Positions 28,446 to 42,363 of a stretch of DNA of 64,000 nt are shown here, piece by piece. Made by a program: the position numbers and the translations under genes. Each line of letters begins with the position of its first letter. Positions within the stretch are counted from its first letter, which is position 1. A model generated the notes under the pieces. The model was not told where the DNA came from. It saw nothing but the letters and a program-made list of their open reading frames with translations, and searched no databases. The stretch covers positions 12,214,001 through 12,278,000 of the forward strand of contig OX597838.1 of the NCBI GenBank assembly GCA_951406725.2, read 5' to 3'. Origin of the DNA: Octopus vulgaris (Eukaryota).

Positions 28446-29411
28446 ACCCCCTCTCTCTCTTTATTCTCTTTCTCACCCTCTGTCTCCCCTCTCAGTCTCT
28501 CTCTACCCTTTGTCTCTCTACCCTCTCTCTCTCTCTTTATTCTCTTTCTCCCCCTCTCTCTACCCTCTCTCTCTCTAACCTCTCTCTCTCTACCCTCTCT
28601 CTCTCTCTCTCTCTCTTTATTCTCTTTCTCACCCTCTGTCTCCCCTCTCAGTCTCTCTCTCTCTCTCTCTGTAACAAACATCAAGGCTTAAAGTTAAGAT
28701 AATTTCAACGTTAGGCAACAATACCCAGTCATTTTGTTCCAGATAAAGATATAGATTAGCTGGCGGATAAAGAGAAGGAAAAACCTCATACAAAAAAAAC
28801 ACACACACACAAAAACCCCACACACACACAAAACTTTAAAAAGAAAGAAAAATGAATGGAAAAAATTTAAAGACAGCGGAGAAAATTAAGGACATACATG
28901 TTTAATAAACGGAAGAAAGCAGCAGATAAAACAGATATACAAATACACACACACACAAATACATATATCTATATATCTATATATCTATATATCTATATAT
29001 CTATATAAGCGTGACTAAAGAGAGAGAAAGTAATAAAGTGACGAAACGAAACGCACATGAACCAAAAGCGAAAGAATTTTTTTATATAAAACGCTGAATA
29101 TATTCTTTTGTGTATAAAGTGTATCAACATCATAGGATGACTTAGATTTTTGATCAAACACGTTCGGTGCTGATTATCTCCCCCTCTCTCTCTTAAACTG
29201 AAACCGCCACCACTGCCGCTGACGTCGCCTTCACCGCCACCACCGTCACCAATACAGCCACCGCTGCCACAACGGCCGCCATGTTGTGTACTACGTGTTG
29301 CGTGGCTTCATTCGCATTTTCTTCGTCTCATTCGCAATGCGCGTTGCGTGTCTATATATATATATATATATATACATAAACTATATGTGTATGTTTGTGT
29401 GTGTGTGTTTA

Positions 29412-29535
<124 letters not shown>

Positions 29536-29823
29536 TATATATATGCATTTGTATGTATAGCAGGTATGAACGTACATACCTAATTATCTATCTATACGTA
29601 TCTAAATGCCTTTATATCTACAAAAATTAATAACGATACATCAAAACACACATGCGCGCGCGCCATCGCACAGATTCCTGTAAAACGATCCAAATCGCTT
29701 CTGCCCATACTTATATCCTTCTTTACGCAATTAGAGCAAACGTGTGTGTTTACATACATACACAGGCAGATGTATATACATTGATATATATCTATATACA
29801 TATATATATGCTTGTATATATAA

Positions 29824-29903
<80 letters not shown>

Positions 29904-29905
<2 letters not shown>

Positions 29906-30135
29906 CGAGCTGGCAGAATCGTTAGCACGCCGGGCGAAATGCTTCGCGGTATTTCGTCTGCCGTTACGTTCTGAGTGTTCGAATTCCGCCGATGTCTACT
30001 TTGCCTTTCATCCTTCCGGGGTCGATAAATTAAGTACCAGTTGCACACTGGAGTCGATGTAATCGACTTAATCCGTCTGTCTGTCTTTGTTTGTCCCCTC
30101 TGTGTTTAGCCCCTTGTGGGTAATAAAGAAATAGG
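29904..30135 (+). mobile_element. SINE family B, full length
   Basis: GGCGAGCTGGCAGAATCGTTAGCACGCC head to AAAGAAATAGG tail. Confidence 0.92.
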
Positions 30136-30999
30136 CTATTTATATCTAATATTGTTTGTTACATAATATAAATGAAAAAAGACAGACATACGGACGGAGG
30201 GACAGATGGACAGATGGATGGACGGACGGACGGACGGACGGACGGACGGACGAACGAACGGACAGACGGACGGACGGACGGATAGACGGATGGACGGATG
30301 GACGGACGGACGGACGAACGGACGGACGAACGGACGAACGGACGAACGGATGGATGGATGGACGGATGGACGGATGGATGGACGGACGGACGGACTGACG
30401 GACGGACAGACGGACGGATGATGGATGGATGGATGGATGGATGGATGGATGGATGGATTAGAGTATGGATGATATTATTGGTTCTATTTCTAGATTTGTT
30501 AGGACTAGAGAAAGCTGGTTTCCAACCTAGATCCAGGGCTCCTTCATTGAAATTCGACCATCACCAACAGACCATGACCAACTGTGCACGTCTACGTGTA
30601 TCTGTGCAAGAATTTGATGTCAGTGCATATGCAGATCTATGTTTTGTTTGGTGCATCTATAGATACAGTTACAAGTCTAGACAAATGCAAATGCCCTAAA
30701 CTTCTGTAAACTTGTACATAGTTCGGCAGTTCTCTTAATGTTTTTTATCTGTAATCTAATTAACATATTCGTTTCCGGTTTGAAGAACCTTAATTTCTCA
30801 CGATTGGTGCGAAATGAGTTTGTTACATATACCAGTGCCTTATAATTATTGTTATGAATTTAAATTTGTAACCCGGGTACATTATCTGTAAATTTTTCAA
30901 TAGCTAAGCGCAGGTGTTTTTCGCTGATCCTTACCGCCATGTTGCATCGGCTGTGCAACTGATTTCCCTATTAAACCAATTTTTGGTCTATTACTTTTT

Positions 31000-31205
31000 T
31001 ACTCTTTTACTTGTTTCAGTCATTTGACTACGGTCATGCTGGAGCACCGCCTTTAGTCGTGCAACTCGACCCCGGGACTTATTCTTTTGTAAGCCCAGTA
31101 CTTATTCTATCGGTCTCTTTTGCCGAACCGCTAAGTGACGAGGACGCAAACACACCAGCATCGGTTGTCAAGCAATTCTAGGGGGACAAACACAGACACA
31201 CAAAC

Positions 31206-31290
<85 letters not shown>

Positions 31291-31379
31291 GACGGGCTTC
31301 TTTCAGTTTCCGTCTACCAAATCCACTCACAAGGCTTTGGTCGGCCCGGGGCTATAGTAGAAGACACTTGCCCAAGGTG
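31000..31379 (-). mobile_element. SINE family A lacking its head
   Basis: Consensus match that stops at CCCAAGGTG. Confidence 0.9.
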
Positions 31380-31399
31380 ACACATTTTATTAAGGTCTT

Positions 31400-31850
31400 C
31401 ACGGGGACATTCCACTATAACTCTTACAAACTGTGGGCTCTTATCTCTTTGGCTTCAGCGTTATCCGTCCAACGGATCTCATTATCCAGTATCTTGGCGG
31501 CAGCGTAATATCTCATCGGTAGATAAAACCGCGATGACATTTTCGGACAACTGCTTATGACGCGGATGATACAGTCGGTGATAAATTCACAAAGTCTGCA
31601 TCAGTTATCACATGTTGGTTTTTTTTTACTTGCATCTCTGTTCCATTTGTGCATCAGATACTTGATTGCTATTTCTTGTTCCAGAATTGCAAAGGTATAC
31701 CTTCAAAGTAAGAGTTAGGGATCCGATTGTTAGTCCGCGATAGACTGCTTTTATGATCAATGTTACTGTCATCCTGCAGCTTTCCGCTAACATGACCATG
31801 CATAGTCTTCTGCTGATATGCACTCGTCCTTTCATCTGATGACGTGCTGT
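31400..31850 (-). mobile_element. R4/Dong-like non-LTR retrotransposon C-terminal fragment
   Basis: Frameshifted QQKTMHG...EQEIAIKYLMHK...CRLCEFITDCIIRVISSCPKMSSRFYLPMRY, a degenerate CCHC knuckle. Confidence 0.65.
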
Positions 31851-32176
31851 ACGCGTGTATGTATATGTGGATTTATGTATGGTGACTATATGTTTGCGTG
31901 TGTTTATGGATGGATGGACATGTGTGTGTATACGTTTTGATGTATGTATGGATAGATGTATGTATGCAACTGTGCATGTATGATTAATATGTATGTGTGT
32001 ATATATATATGCGTATATGGATGTTTGAAAGCATGTCTACATCAATTTTTATATACATGTATATATAAATATGCATATACTTCTCTGTATGTATGTATAT
32101 ATATATATATACATACATATATATATATGTACATGAAAATGTTTGTATGTATGTATATATATACATACATACATAC

Positions 32177-32259
<83 letters not shown>

Positions 32260-32671
32260 TATATACCTATATATAAGCATATGCATACGCACGTGAGTGC
32301 AGAAATGGATACCATTGCTTATGCACATATGTGAGTATGTATGCATGTACAAATATAAGCTCATCTGTGCATATACACACTTTGGTAGAGTCACGGATAT
32401 CAAGAGATAAGTTGATATATGTGGAAATATATGTATGTATGCATGCCGTTATACATGCACGTTTGTATGTATATCCGTATATGTATGAGTATTTGTGCTT
32501 GCTTGTATATTTATGTATGCATATGTGTGTGTATGTATGTATATATATATATATAAATATATATATAGTTATGTATGTATACGAGTGTAAGCATGCATGA
32601 ATTCATATATTGTTTAGCTACGTATATATGTATGTGTGCGTGCATGTGTATATGTGAAATATATAAATATG

Positions 32672-32743
<72 letters not shown>

Positions 32744-33464
32744 TGCATGTATGTATGTACATGGAGAGATATATTATGGAATCAATACTACAAAGAAACG
32801 AAGATATAAAGATTCGATAGTGAATAAATATTTCAGGAAAGGACTTCAAAACGTTGTTCGGTAATTATGAGAGATCTTAAATATAATTATAGTTAGATGA
32901 CTGACAATGTATGGAATAGTGGGGTGATAGTAAGAGGTAGAAATGTGAGAGGCAGAGTGAGGAAAAATAGATAGACAGACAGACATATAGATAGATAGAT
33001 TGATAGAGAGAGATAGAAAGAGAGAGAAAGGGAGAGGGATAGATGGACAGACAAGCAGACATACAGATAGGCAGACAGACATACAGGCAGCCAGAACCGA
33101 ATGGATGGAAGGACAGTCAGACGGACGGACAGACAGATGGATGGACGGATTATTGGATGGATTGATAAGCAGATAGAAAGAGATTTTTTTCTACGTTTGT
33201 GATTGTCTTTCTCCATGTGTGTGTGATCCAGAGAGGAGTGGACAGCGTGCTGTGACCAGCGGTGTCAAATGGACGCCCGAAGGACTGGTCGGTCAAGGTG
33301 ATCAAGGTGATATATGTATATATATCAATAACAAAGTCACTATGATCCATGTAGGAGAGGTGCAGCCAGAGGGTAAGTATCCTTAGAGGTAAAAAGTCCA
33401 ATGGAGAGGTAGAGTGTCCGTAGAGGAAAGGTAAGAGTGGGTAGTGGTAGAGAAGATCGGATCC

Positions 33465-33663
33465 TTCTTTTTTTCCTCTCCTTTTTTCTCTCCTTTTTTT
33501 CTCTCCTTGTTTCTCTCCATGTTTTTTTCTGTGTATCTTTCTGTCGAAGAGCGTAGGCTCGAAACGTAAAAGACTTTTTCTATTCCTGAGCGCTATACTA
33601 ATACATTTGTTTGTTTGTACACCACCTGCCTTCGTCTTTTGTTTATTTTCGTAAATTTTCCCT

Positions 33664-33666
<3 letters not shown>
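33465..33666 (+). mobile_element. Penelope-LTR-like short repeat with a minimal hammerhead-like motif
   Basis: TCTTT CTGTCGA A GAGC GTAG GCTC GAA ACGT A AAAGA at 33536-33573; ends at (TA)n. Confidence 0.65.
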
Positions 33667-33748
<82 letters not shown>

Positions 33749-33844
33749 GATAAAAACTGTAAGATAACAAAAGAAAGAAAGAGACCTCGATATTATGTGA
33801 ATAGAGGAATTTATCTGTAAATGTAATATGTGACAATTATTCGG

Positions 33845-33918
33845 TAGCCATGATAAAACTCCAAGTTTCGGATGCCGAGGTGGAAATCCACGTCACCATC
33901 TCTTCAGTTATCCGGCCA
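33845..33918 (-). ncRNA. Putative type I hammerhead ribozyme
   Basis: GATAA CTGAAGA GATG...CATC C GAAA CT TGG AG T T TTATC; stems I, II and III pair by eye. Confidence 0.55.
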
Positions 33919-34149
33919 TCGGAAAAAACGCTATGAAAAATGACCGTTATACAAAGGGAAATTACCCGCAGCAGGTTTCTGCCTTAATGCGATTCATAAG
34001 ACGAGGGGGAAAAATCCATCAAGTACGAACGGGTAAATAAACTCTACTACAAGTATTGAGCACTCTTCGCTTTTTTATAAACTCACATACATACACACGT
34101 ATACACGTGTGCAAATACATGTGTGTGTACGTGTGTGTGTGTATGTGCG

Positions 34150-34214
<65 letters not shown>

Positions 34215-34505
34215 AAAATATATGTGTGGATTCATTTCCAATTACATGGCTGAATAGTACTGCACCGTCTACCAAATATTGCGTGCCTTGTGAATAGGAA
34301 ATGGTTTCCTGCTATTAGCAGGTCTACTTTGAGTATTGGCCTCGATAATGGTGAAGCATTGTTCCTTAGGCACTCTCTCACGATGTTTTAGCGTGGAATA
34401 TATCTGGTTGGTAGTTTATATTTTGACTTATTTGTTGCTGTCTGGGGTTTTTTTTTTAGGTTGGTGTAATTGGTGGTTTCATTAAGGTTGTTGAGATTAT
34501 TAATG

Positions 34506-34636
34506 CGGTGGTGGTGGTGGTGGTGGTGGTGGTGGTGGTGGTGGTGGTGGTGGTGGTGGTGGTGGTGGTGGTGGTGGTGGTGGTGGTGGTGGTGGTGGTG
34601 GTGGTGATGGTGGTGGTGGTGGTGGTGGTGGTGGTG
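34506..34636. repeat. (GGT)n trinucleotide repeat
   Basis: Directly visible. Confidence 0.98.
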
Positions 34637-35315
34637 ACGGCATTGCATTTTGAACATCAAGTATTTTGCTGTAGATTCTGCGATGCAACGATCATCTAAA
34701 AGAATTTTGGCCAAATGCTGACTAAAGCCGTCTTCGACTTGTTTGTATTAAGTGTGTTTCAGTGTATGTAATAATTATATGTATATGTGCTTGTGTAACA
34801 ACGTCTGTGTGTGTGTGATGGTGGGGTACGTATGTGTGTGTGAGTGTGTGGAAAGAGAGAGAGAGGGGGGAGACAATCAGACAGACAGATAGACAAACAC
34901 ATGAAGAAATACATACAAACATATATAGACAGACAGACAAGCAGACAGACAGACAGGCAGACAGGCAGGCAGACAGACAGGCAGGCAGGCAGGCAGACAG
35001 GCAGGCAGACAGAGAGACAGACAGGCAGACAGGCAGACAGGCAGGCATACATACAGACAGACAGACATATAGATAGACAGATAGACAGACAGACAGACTG
35101 ATAGATAGGTAGATAGATAGATAGATAGATAGATAGACAGCCAAATAGAGAGATAGAGGTTTACACTTTTGTGAAAACATAGATATATAGGCGTGTGTGT
35201 ATATGTGCATGTGATGAGCGAGGGAGTTCATCCCTTTCAGAGAGAGAAGGGGAGAGAGACTGAGGGAGAGGGAGAGGTAGAGAAAGAGCGAGAGAGAGAG
35301 AGACATTGGTATATC

Positions 35316-35361
<46 letters not shown>

Positions 35362-35364
<3 letters not shown>

Positions 35365-35592
35365 TTCTTTACTACCCACAAGGGGCTAAACACAGAGGGG
35401 ACAAACAAGGACAGACAAAGGGATTAAGTCGACTACATCGACCCCAGTGCGTAACTGGTACTTAATTTATCGACCCCGAAAGGATGAAAGGCAAAGTCGA
35501 CCTCGGCGGAATTTGAACTCGGAACGTAACGACAGACGAAATACGGCTACGAATTTCGCCCGGCGTGCTAACGTTTCTACCAGCTCGCCGCC
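35362..35592 (-). mobile_element. SINE family B, full length
   Basis: Consensus match, flanked by (TA)n. Confidence 0.92.
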
Positions 35593-35716
35593 TTATATAT
35601 ATACAATATACATACATATATGATTATAGAGTATACATAATATTTTCATATTTATGTGTCTGTGCGCATTTGCGCGTTAGTGTATGTGTTCGTACGCGCG
35701 TATATAATACACGCAC

Positions 35717-35748
<32 letters not shown>

Positions 35749-35983
35749 ATTTATATATATATGAGTACATATATGTAATATATATATATGTGTATGTACA
35801 CATGTGTCTATACATTTACATAGGGACACAAAAATACCGACACAGACTTCCCTCAGAGTAATTAGTAGTGGCAAAACCAAATCTTTCGAAATGCATTACG
35901 CCGAGCTTAATGCATTGTGTAAGACCAAGCATACATATACTCACCATACATGCATACATACACATACACACATACATATATGA

Positions 35984-36089
<106 letters not shown>

Positions 36090-36396
36090 GCATGCATACA
36101 AAGACGGATAGCTACTACAAATATACAATTACAATTTGTGCGGCTATTATTTGACTTCGGTCTTCTTTTCCTTTTTCCGCTGCTGTTATTGTTCTCATTG
36201 ATGTTGCTGCTGTTACTGTTTTTCTTCTGTTATCTGTCGTTTTCTTGTTTTTCTTTCTGCTTTTGTGCCTTTCTTAAAATGGCGGATGTGAAACGCATAC
36301 TAAACACCGGCTAATTTACTCATTATATTCATCCCTCCCCTATCCCCACTCTCTCTCTTTTTCTCTCCCTCTCTCTCTTTCTTCATCTCTCATTGA

Positions 36397-36481
<85 letters not shown>

Positions 36482-36484
36482 CTC

Positions 36485-36521
<37 letters not shown>

Positions 36522-36524
<3 letters not shown>

Positions 36525-36688
36525 CCTCTGTCTTCCCTTCTCTGGATCTTTCCTTCTCCTATGTTTCCGACGAAGAGCTCCGCTCGAAATGTTAAACCCT
36601 CCTTCTTTCCTTCTTTCCTGAGCGTCCACTAATACTATATTTGTTCCACGTCCTCGCGTTGTGTTTTTTTGTGCTTTCTTGTTCGGAT

Positions 36689-36692
<4 letters not shown>
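36522..36692 (+). mobile_element. Penelope-LTR-like short repeat with a minimal hammerhead motif
   Basis: GTTT CCGACGA A GAGC TCC GCTC GAA ATGT T AAAC at 36563-36597, between (TA)n tracts. Confidence 0.65.
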
Positions 36693-36782
<90 letters not shown>

Positions 36783-37019
36783 TGTATGTATGTATGTATG
36801 TATGTATGCATGTATGTATGTATGTATGTATGTATGTATGTATGTATGTATGTATGCATGTATGTATGTATATATGTATATATGTATGTATTATGTATGT
36901 ATGTATGTATGTATATATGTATATATGCATAAGTGAAGACATGAATAAATGCACACACAAACACAAACATATACTCGCACATATTTCTCTCTCTCTCTCC
37001 CTTTCTCTCTCTCTCTCTG

Positions 37020-37084
<65 letters not shown>

Positions 37085-37211
37085 TAACTTTTACTTGTTT
37101 CAGGCATTAGGCTGCACCACGGCTGGGGCACTGCCTTGGATAATTTTAGTCGGGCTAATTCACCCCAATACTGGTTATCAAGAGGTGGGAGGGGATAAAT
37201 ACAGACGCCAT

Positions 37212-37249
<38 letters not shown>

Positions 37250-37350
37250 AGAGTCTTCTATCAGGTTTCCCTCGACCAAATCCATTCACAAGGCTTTGGT
37301 CAACCAGACGATATAGTAGATGACACTAGTCGAAGATGTCACGCACTGGG
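37085..37350 (-). mobile_element. Old SINE family A-related copy
   Basis: ACCAAATCCATTCACAAGGCTTTGGTC. Confidence 0.7.
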
Positions 37351-37536
37351 AAGTTTTTCCCCAATCATTGCACGTACGACTGGATGGTTTTGTATGTTAG
37401 TAGCTGCAAAAGTCTCCTAATAATTAAAGGCATGAAACAAAAAGTAAAGGGAAAGTCTCGAGGCAATTAACTCTCAATAAACAAATCAACTAACGTTTTC
37501 AAGGATCAAATTTGACATTTTAAACAACGGTTTATT

Positions 37537-37949
37537 GGAGTGGCTGTGTGGTAAGTAGCTTGCTAACCGACCACATGGTTCCGGGTTCAGTCCCACTGCG
37601 TGGCATCTTGGGCAAGTGTCTTCTGCTATAGCCCCGGGCCGACCAATGCCTTGTGAGTGGATTTGGTAGACGGAAACTGAAAGAAGCCTGTCGTATATAT
37701 GTATATATATATATGTGTGTGTATGTATACGTTTGTGTGTCTGTGTTTCTCCCCCTAGCATTGCTTGACAACCGATGCTGGTGTGTTTACGTCCCCGTCA
37801 CTGAGCGGTTCGGCAAAAGAGACCGATAGAATAAGTACTGGGCTTACAAAAAATAAGTCCCGGGGTCGATTTGCTCGACTAAAGGCGGTGCTCCAGCATG
37901 GCCGCAGTCAAATGACTGAAACAAGTAAAAGAGTAAAAGAGTAAAAGAG
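37537..37949 (+). mobile_element. SINE family A
   Basis: Consensus match with a (GTAAAAGA)3 tail. Confidence 0.92.
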
Positions 37950-37989
37950 GTTTCTAAAATGCATGGACTTAGTTAGGTAGTTAATTTTT

Positions 37990-38181
37990 TGGCTCAAAAA
38001 GCAAAAAGCAAGGCCATGTAGGGGGACATGGAGTTATGTACAGGGAGGGTGTTCATGTAAAGAGTTCAAGCCATTTGTGGTCAAGGGAGACTTTGAACCG
38101 AGCGGTCGTCGGCATCTTCACTATCTCGTCCGGCAGCTTATTCCACGGATCCGCAACCCGGACGGAGAAAGCCCCTTTCCT
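37990..38181 (-). mobile_element. CR1/L2-like LINE 3' end
   Basis: RKGAFSVRVADPWNKLPDEIVKMPTTARFKVSLDHKW. Confidence 0.8.
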
Positions 38182-38409
38182 TAGACATAATGGGATAACA
38201 GTTATTGTAAGACATCTTCAGTATACTGAAAGCTCGGTTTTCCGAACAACAACTATGTCGACGCGAGTCCTGATCGAACTTTGCTCCTCAACATCAAAGT
38301 CGGGTTAATGATGAAATTCCCAATTTGAACCTTGTAAGTCAGGGGTGCATCTTATAGGGTATGGCGGTTCTATAGTCGAGTATATACAGTATTCAGAAAT
38401 TTACAGTTA

Positions 38410-38644
38410 AGGCGGCGAGCTGGCAGAATCGTTAGCACGCCAGGCGAAATGCTTAGTGGTATTTCGTCTGCCGTTACGTTCTGGGTTCAAATTCCGCCAA
38501 GGTCGACTTTGCCTTTCATCCTTTCGGGGTCGATTAAATAAGTACCAGTTACACACTGGGGTCGATATATTTGACTTAATCCGTTTGTCTGTCCTTGTTT
38601 ATCCTCACTGTGTTTAGCCCCTTGTGGGTAGTAAAGAAATATAG
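38410..38644 (+). mobile_element. SINE family B, full length, with a 21-bp TSD
   Basis: GTATTCAGAAATTTACAGTTA at 38389-38409 and 38645-38665. Confidence 0.95.
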
Positions 38645-39121
38645 GTATTCAGAAATTTACAGTTACTCAACCCGGTTTACAATTTCAGGTTTATAACTGT
38701 AATTATTGAGGCACGTGAGATATGTAACATGTTGCCTAAATACCAATCTTGAAAAATTAAGCTTAAAATCTTCCATCAAAATTTCATCAGCTTAATAATG
38801 GCTAAGTTTTTTTAACAAGATACCAGAATTGAGAAAGCAGCTGATTCGAAGACTATAGATCCAAGCCATCAGCAGAATTGTAAAAACCTGTAAAACTTTC
38901 CATTTCGTTATATATGCGCATGTCTAGACATGCAGCTATATGCATGAGAATACATACGTAAAACAAAACATACAGATCTGCTTATGTGCTAACTCCAAAT
39001 ACTTGATACATATACATACGCATGCACAAAGACCCTGTTGATGTTAATGAAATTCCAGAGAAGGAGCCATGGATCGAGGCTAGAAACAGGATCTTTCTAT
39101 ATTGGTAAGAAATCTCTCGCA

Positions 39122-39354
39122 ACATACATACACACACATACATACATACATACATACATACACACATACATACATACATACATGCATACATACATACATA
39201 CATACATACATACATACATACATACATACATACACACATACATACATACATACATACATACATACATACATACATACACACACATACATACATACATACA
39301 TACATACATACACACACATACATACATACATACATACATACATACATACATACA

Positions 39355-39386
<32 letters not shown>

Positions 39387-39990
39387 CATACATACATACA
39401 TACATACATACATACATACATACATACATACATACATACATACATACATACATACATACATACATACATACATACATACATACATACATGCATACATACA
39501 TACATACATACACACACATACATACATACATACATACATACATACATACATACATACACACATACATACATACATACATACATACATACATACATACACA
39601 CATACATACATACATACATACATACATACATACATACATACATACATACATACATACATACATACATACATACATACATACATACATACATACATACATA
39701 CATACATACATGCATACATACATACATGCATACATACATACATACATACATACATACATACATACATACATACATGCATACATACATACATACATACATA
39801 TATACATACATATATTCATACATACATACATACATACATACATACATGCATACATACATACATACATACATACATACATACATTCATACATACATACATA
39901 CATACATACATGCATGCATGCATGCATACATACATACATACATACATACATACATACATACATACATACATACATACATACATACATACA
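39122..39990. repeat. (CATA)n microsatellite, ~870 bp
   Basis: Directly visible. Confidence 0.98.
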
Positions 39991-40599
39991 CTTGCTTTCA
40001 ATGAACTATATTGCTACACACAGTTGCACATCAAACTTTAATTCCCATCAGCGGCTGCCTAACTAATATCACATTGTTTTCGACACCAAGGCAGAAACCA
40101 TTCAATCTGGCGGTGTTAACAGCGTCAAAAACATAAACGCTACCTAAGACTCAATAGACAAATAGCAGAAGGGAAACATTAATGTAATGTGCCCATTACA
40201 AATACATATATATCAATTCACGTGCGAGCGTGTGCTTCTGTATGTGTGCGTATTTAATATAAATAAATTCAATATATCGCTTTATTTCGTTAAGAAGTTG
40301 ATTGTCATTGTAATTAATTGTTTTGGTTTGTATTTCTGTCGTTTCATATCTGTATGTTTGTACTTAATATGTTGATTTACTGACTGTCTCTCTCTCTCCC
40401 TCTCCCTCGCTTCTTCTCTCCTTCAACCACTCTTCCCCACTCTCTTCCACACACACCCTCCCGTACTCTCCCACTCCAATTTTCTCTTTATGTGTCTATC
40501 TCGTATTTCTTTCTCATATGGTCAATATGTCTATGTATATATAAGCATGTATTCGTACACGAGCACGTATATATACAAACATATACATATATACATACA

Positions 40600-40740
<141 letters not shown>

Positions 40741-40892
40741 GTATATATATATATGTATGTATGTATGTATGTATATGTATATATATATGTGTGTGTATGT
40801 ATGTATATATATACATATATACATACATATATACATATATATATACATACATACATATATATATATATGTATGGATATATATACATATATAT

Positions 40893-41422
40893 AATAAATA
40901 TAAGAGAGTGGTCACTATATTGATCACTCTAGCACCAGTTAATCCAAAAGGTTTCAACCACGAAAAATACATGTTTCCCATGAAAGCCAGTACGACTGTT
41001 AGCTCACACGGACAGGGCAAATAAAAAATAACAAAAATACAGATTATTTTGGGACAATTGTTTCGCTATTAATGAATTAAATGTAATATTACTTACAACA
41101 ATCCATTTGTAGCTCTTCAGCCAAGACTATCTGATGAAATCCACTCAATCACACGCCAGATTTTACCATAACGATAAATACGCGTGCGGTTCAATTGATT
41201 ACATCGGACGTTATAATTAAATGCCCCAACCAACAGCGCGCCAAACTCTCACGGAAAACAAATACAGCATTTAGAAATAAATGCAGCATAATTATAATTA
41301 ATTAATAAGGGTGAGAGAATTAGATACTAATTTAATAGTATATTTATTCCACACCAAGTGGCCTAGTGCTACGAGAAACCTGGATTATTATAATATTTTA
41401 TAACATATTATAATATTTTCAC
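40893..41422 (-). repeat. Inverted copy of the 534-bp hammerhead-bearing unit
   Basis: Reverse complement of 41446-41976 with three single-base indels. Confidence 0.95.
41040..41133 (-). ncRNA. Type I hammerhead ribozyme (inverted copy)
   Basis: Same motif as 41737-41830; predicted cleavage 3' of the C opposite 41053. Confidence 0.8.
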
Positions 41423-41736
41423 TATATTTTCACTATATTTATTTTGTGAAAATATTATAATATGTTATAAAATATTATAATAATCCAGGTTTCTCGTAGC
41501 ACTAGGCCACTTGGTGTGGAATAAATATACTATTAAATTAGTATCTAATTCTCTCACCCTTATTAATTAATTATAATTATGCTGCATTTATTTCTAAATG
41601 CTGTATTTGTTTTCCGTGAGAGTTTGGCGCGCTGTTGGTTGGGGCATTTGAATTATAACGTCCGATGTAATCAATTGAACCGCACGCGTATTTATCGTTA
41701 TGGTAAAATCTGGCGTGTGATTGAGTGGATTTCATC

Positions 41737-41830
41737 CAGATAGTCTTGGCTGAAGAGCTACAAATGGATTGTTGTAAGTAATATTACATTTAATTCATTA
41801 ATAGCGAAACAATTGTCCCAAAATAATCTG
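41737..41830 (+). ncRNA. Type I hammerhead ribozyme, copy 1
   Basis: Stem I CAGATAGTCTTGG/CCAAAATAATCTG; core CTGAAGA; stem II GCTA...TAGC; GAAA; C-AATT-G; GUC site at 41817. Confidence 0.85.
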
Positions 41831-42269
41831 TATTTTTGTTATTTTTTATTTGCCCTGTCCGTGTGAGCTAACAGTCGTACTGGCTTTCATGGGAAACATG
41901 TATTTTTCGTGGTTGAAACCTTTGGATTAACTGGTGCTAGAGTGATCAATATAGTGACCACTCTCTTATATTTATTTTGTGAAAATATTATAATATGTTA
42001 TAAAATATTATAATAATCCAGGTTTCTCGTAGCACTAGGCCACTTGGTGTGGAATAAATATACTATTAAATTAGTATCTAATTCTCTCACCCTTATTAAT
42101 TAATTATAATTATGCTGCATTTATTTCTAAATGCTGTATTTGTTTTCCGTGAGAGTTTGGCGCGCTGTTGGTTGGGGCATTTGAATTATAACGTCCGATG
42201 TAATCAATTGAACCGCACGCGTATTTATCGTTATGGTAAAATCTGGCGTGTGATTGAGTGGATTTCATC

Positions 42270-42363
42270 CAGATAGTCTTGGCTGAAGAGCTACAAATGG
42301 ATTGTTGTAAGTAATATTACATTTAATTCATTAATAGCGAAACAATTGTCCCAAAATAATCTG
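42270..42363 (+). ncRNA. Type I hammerhead ribozyme, copy 2
   Basis: Identical motif; cleavage site at 42350. Confidence 0.85.
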
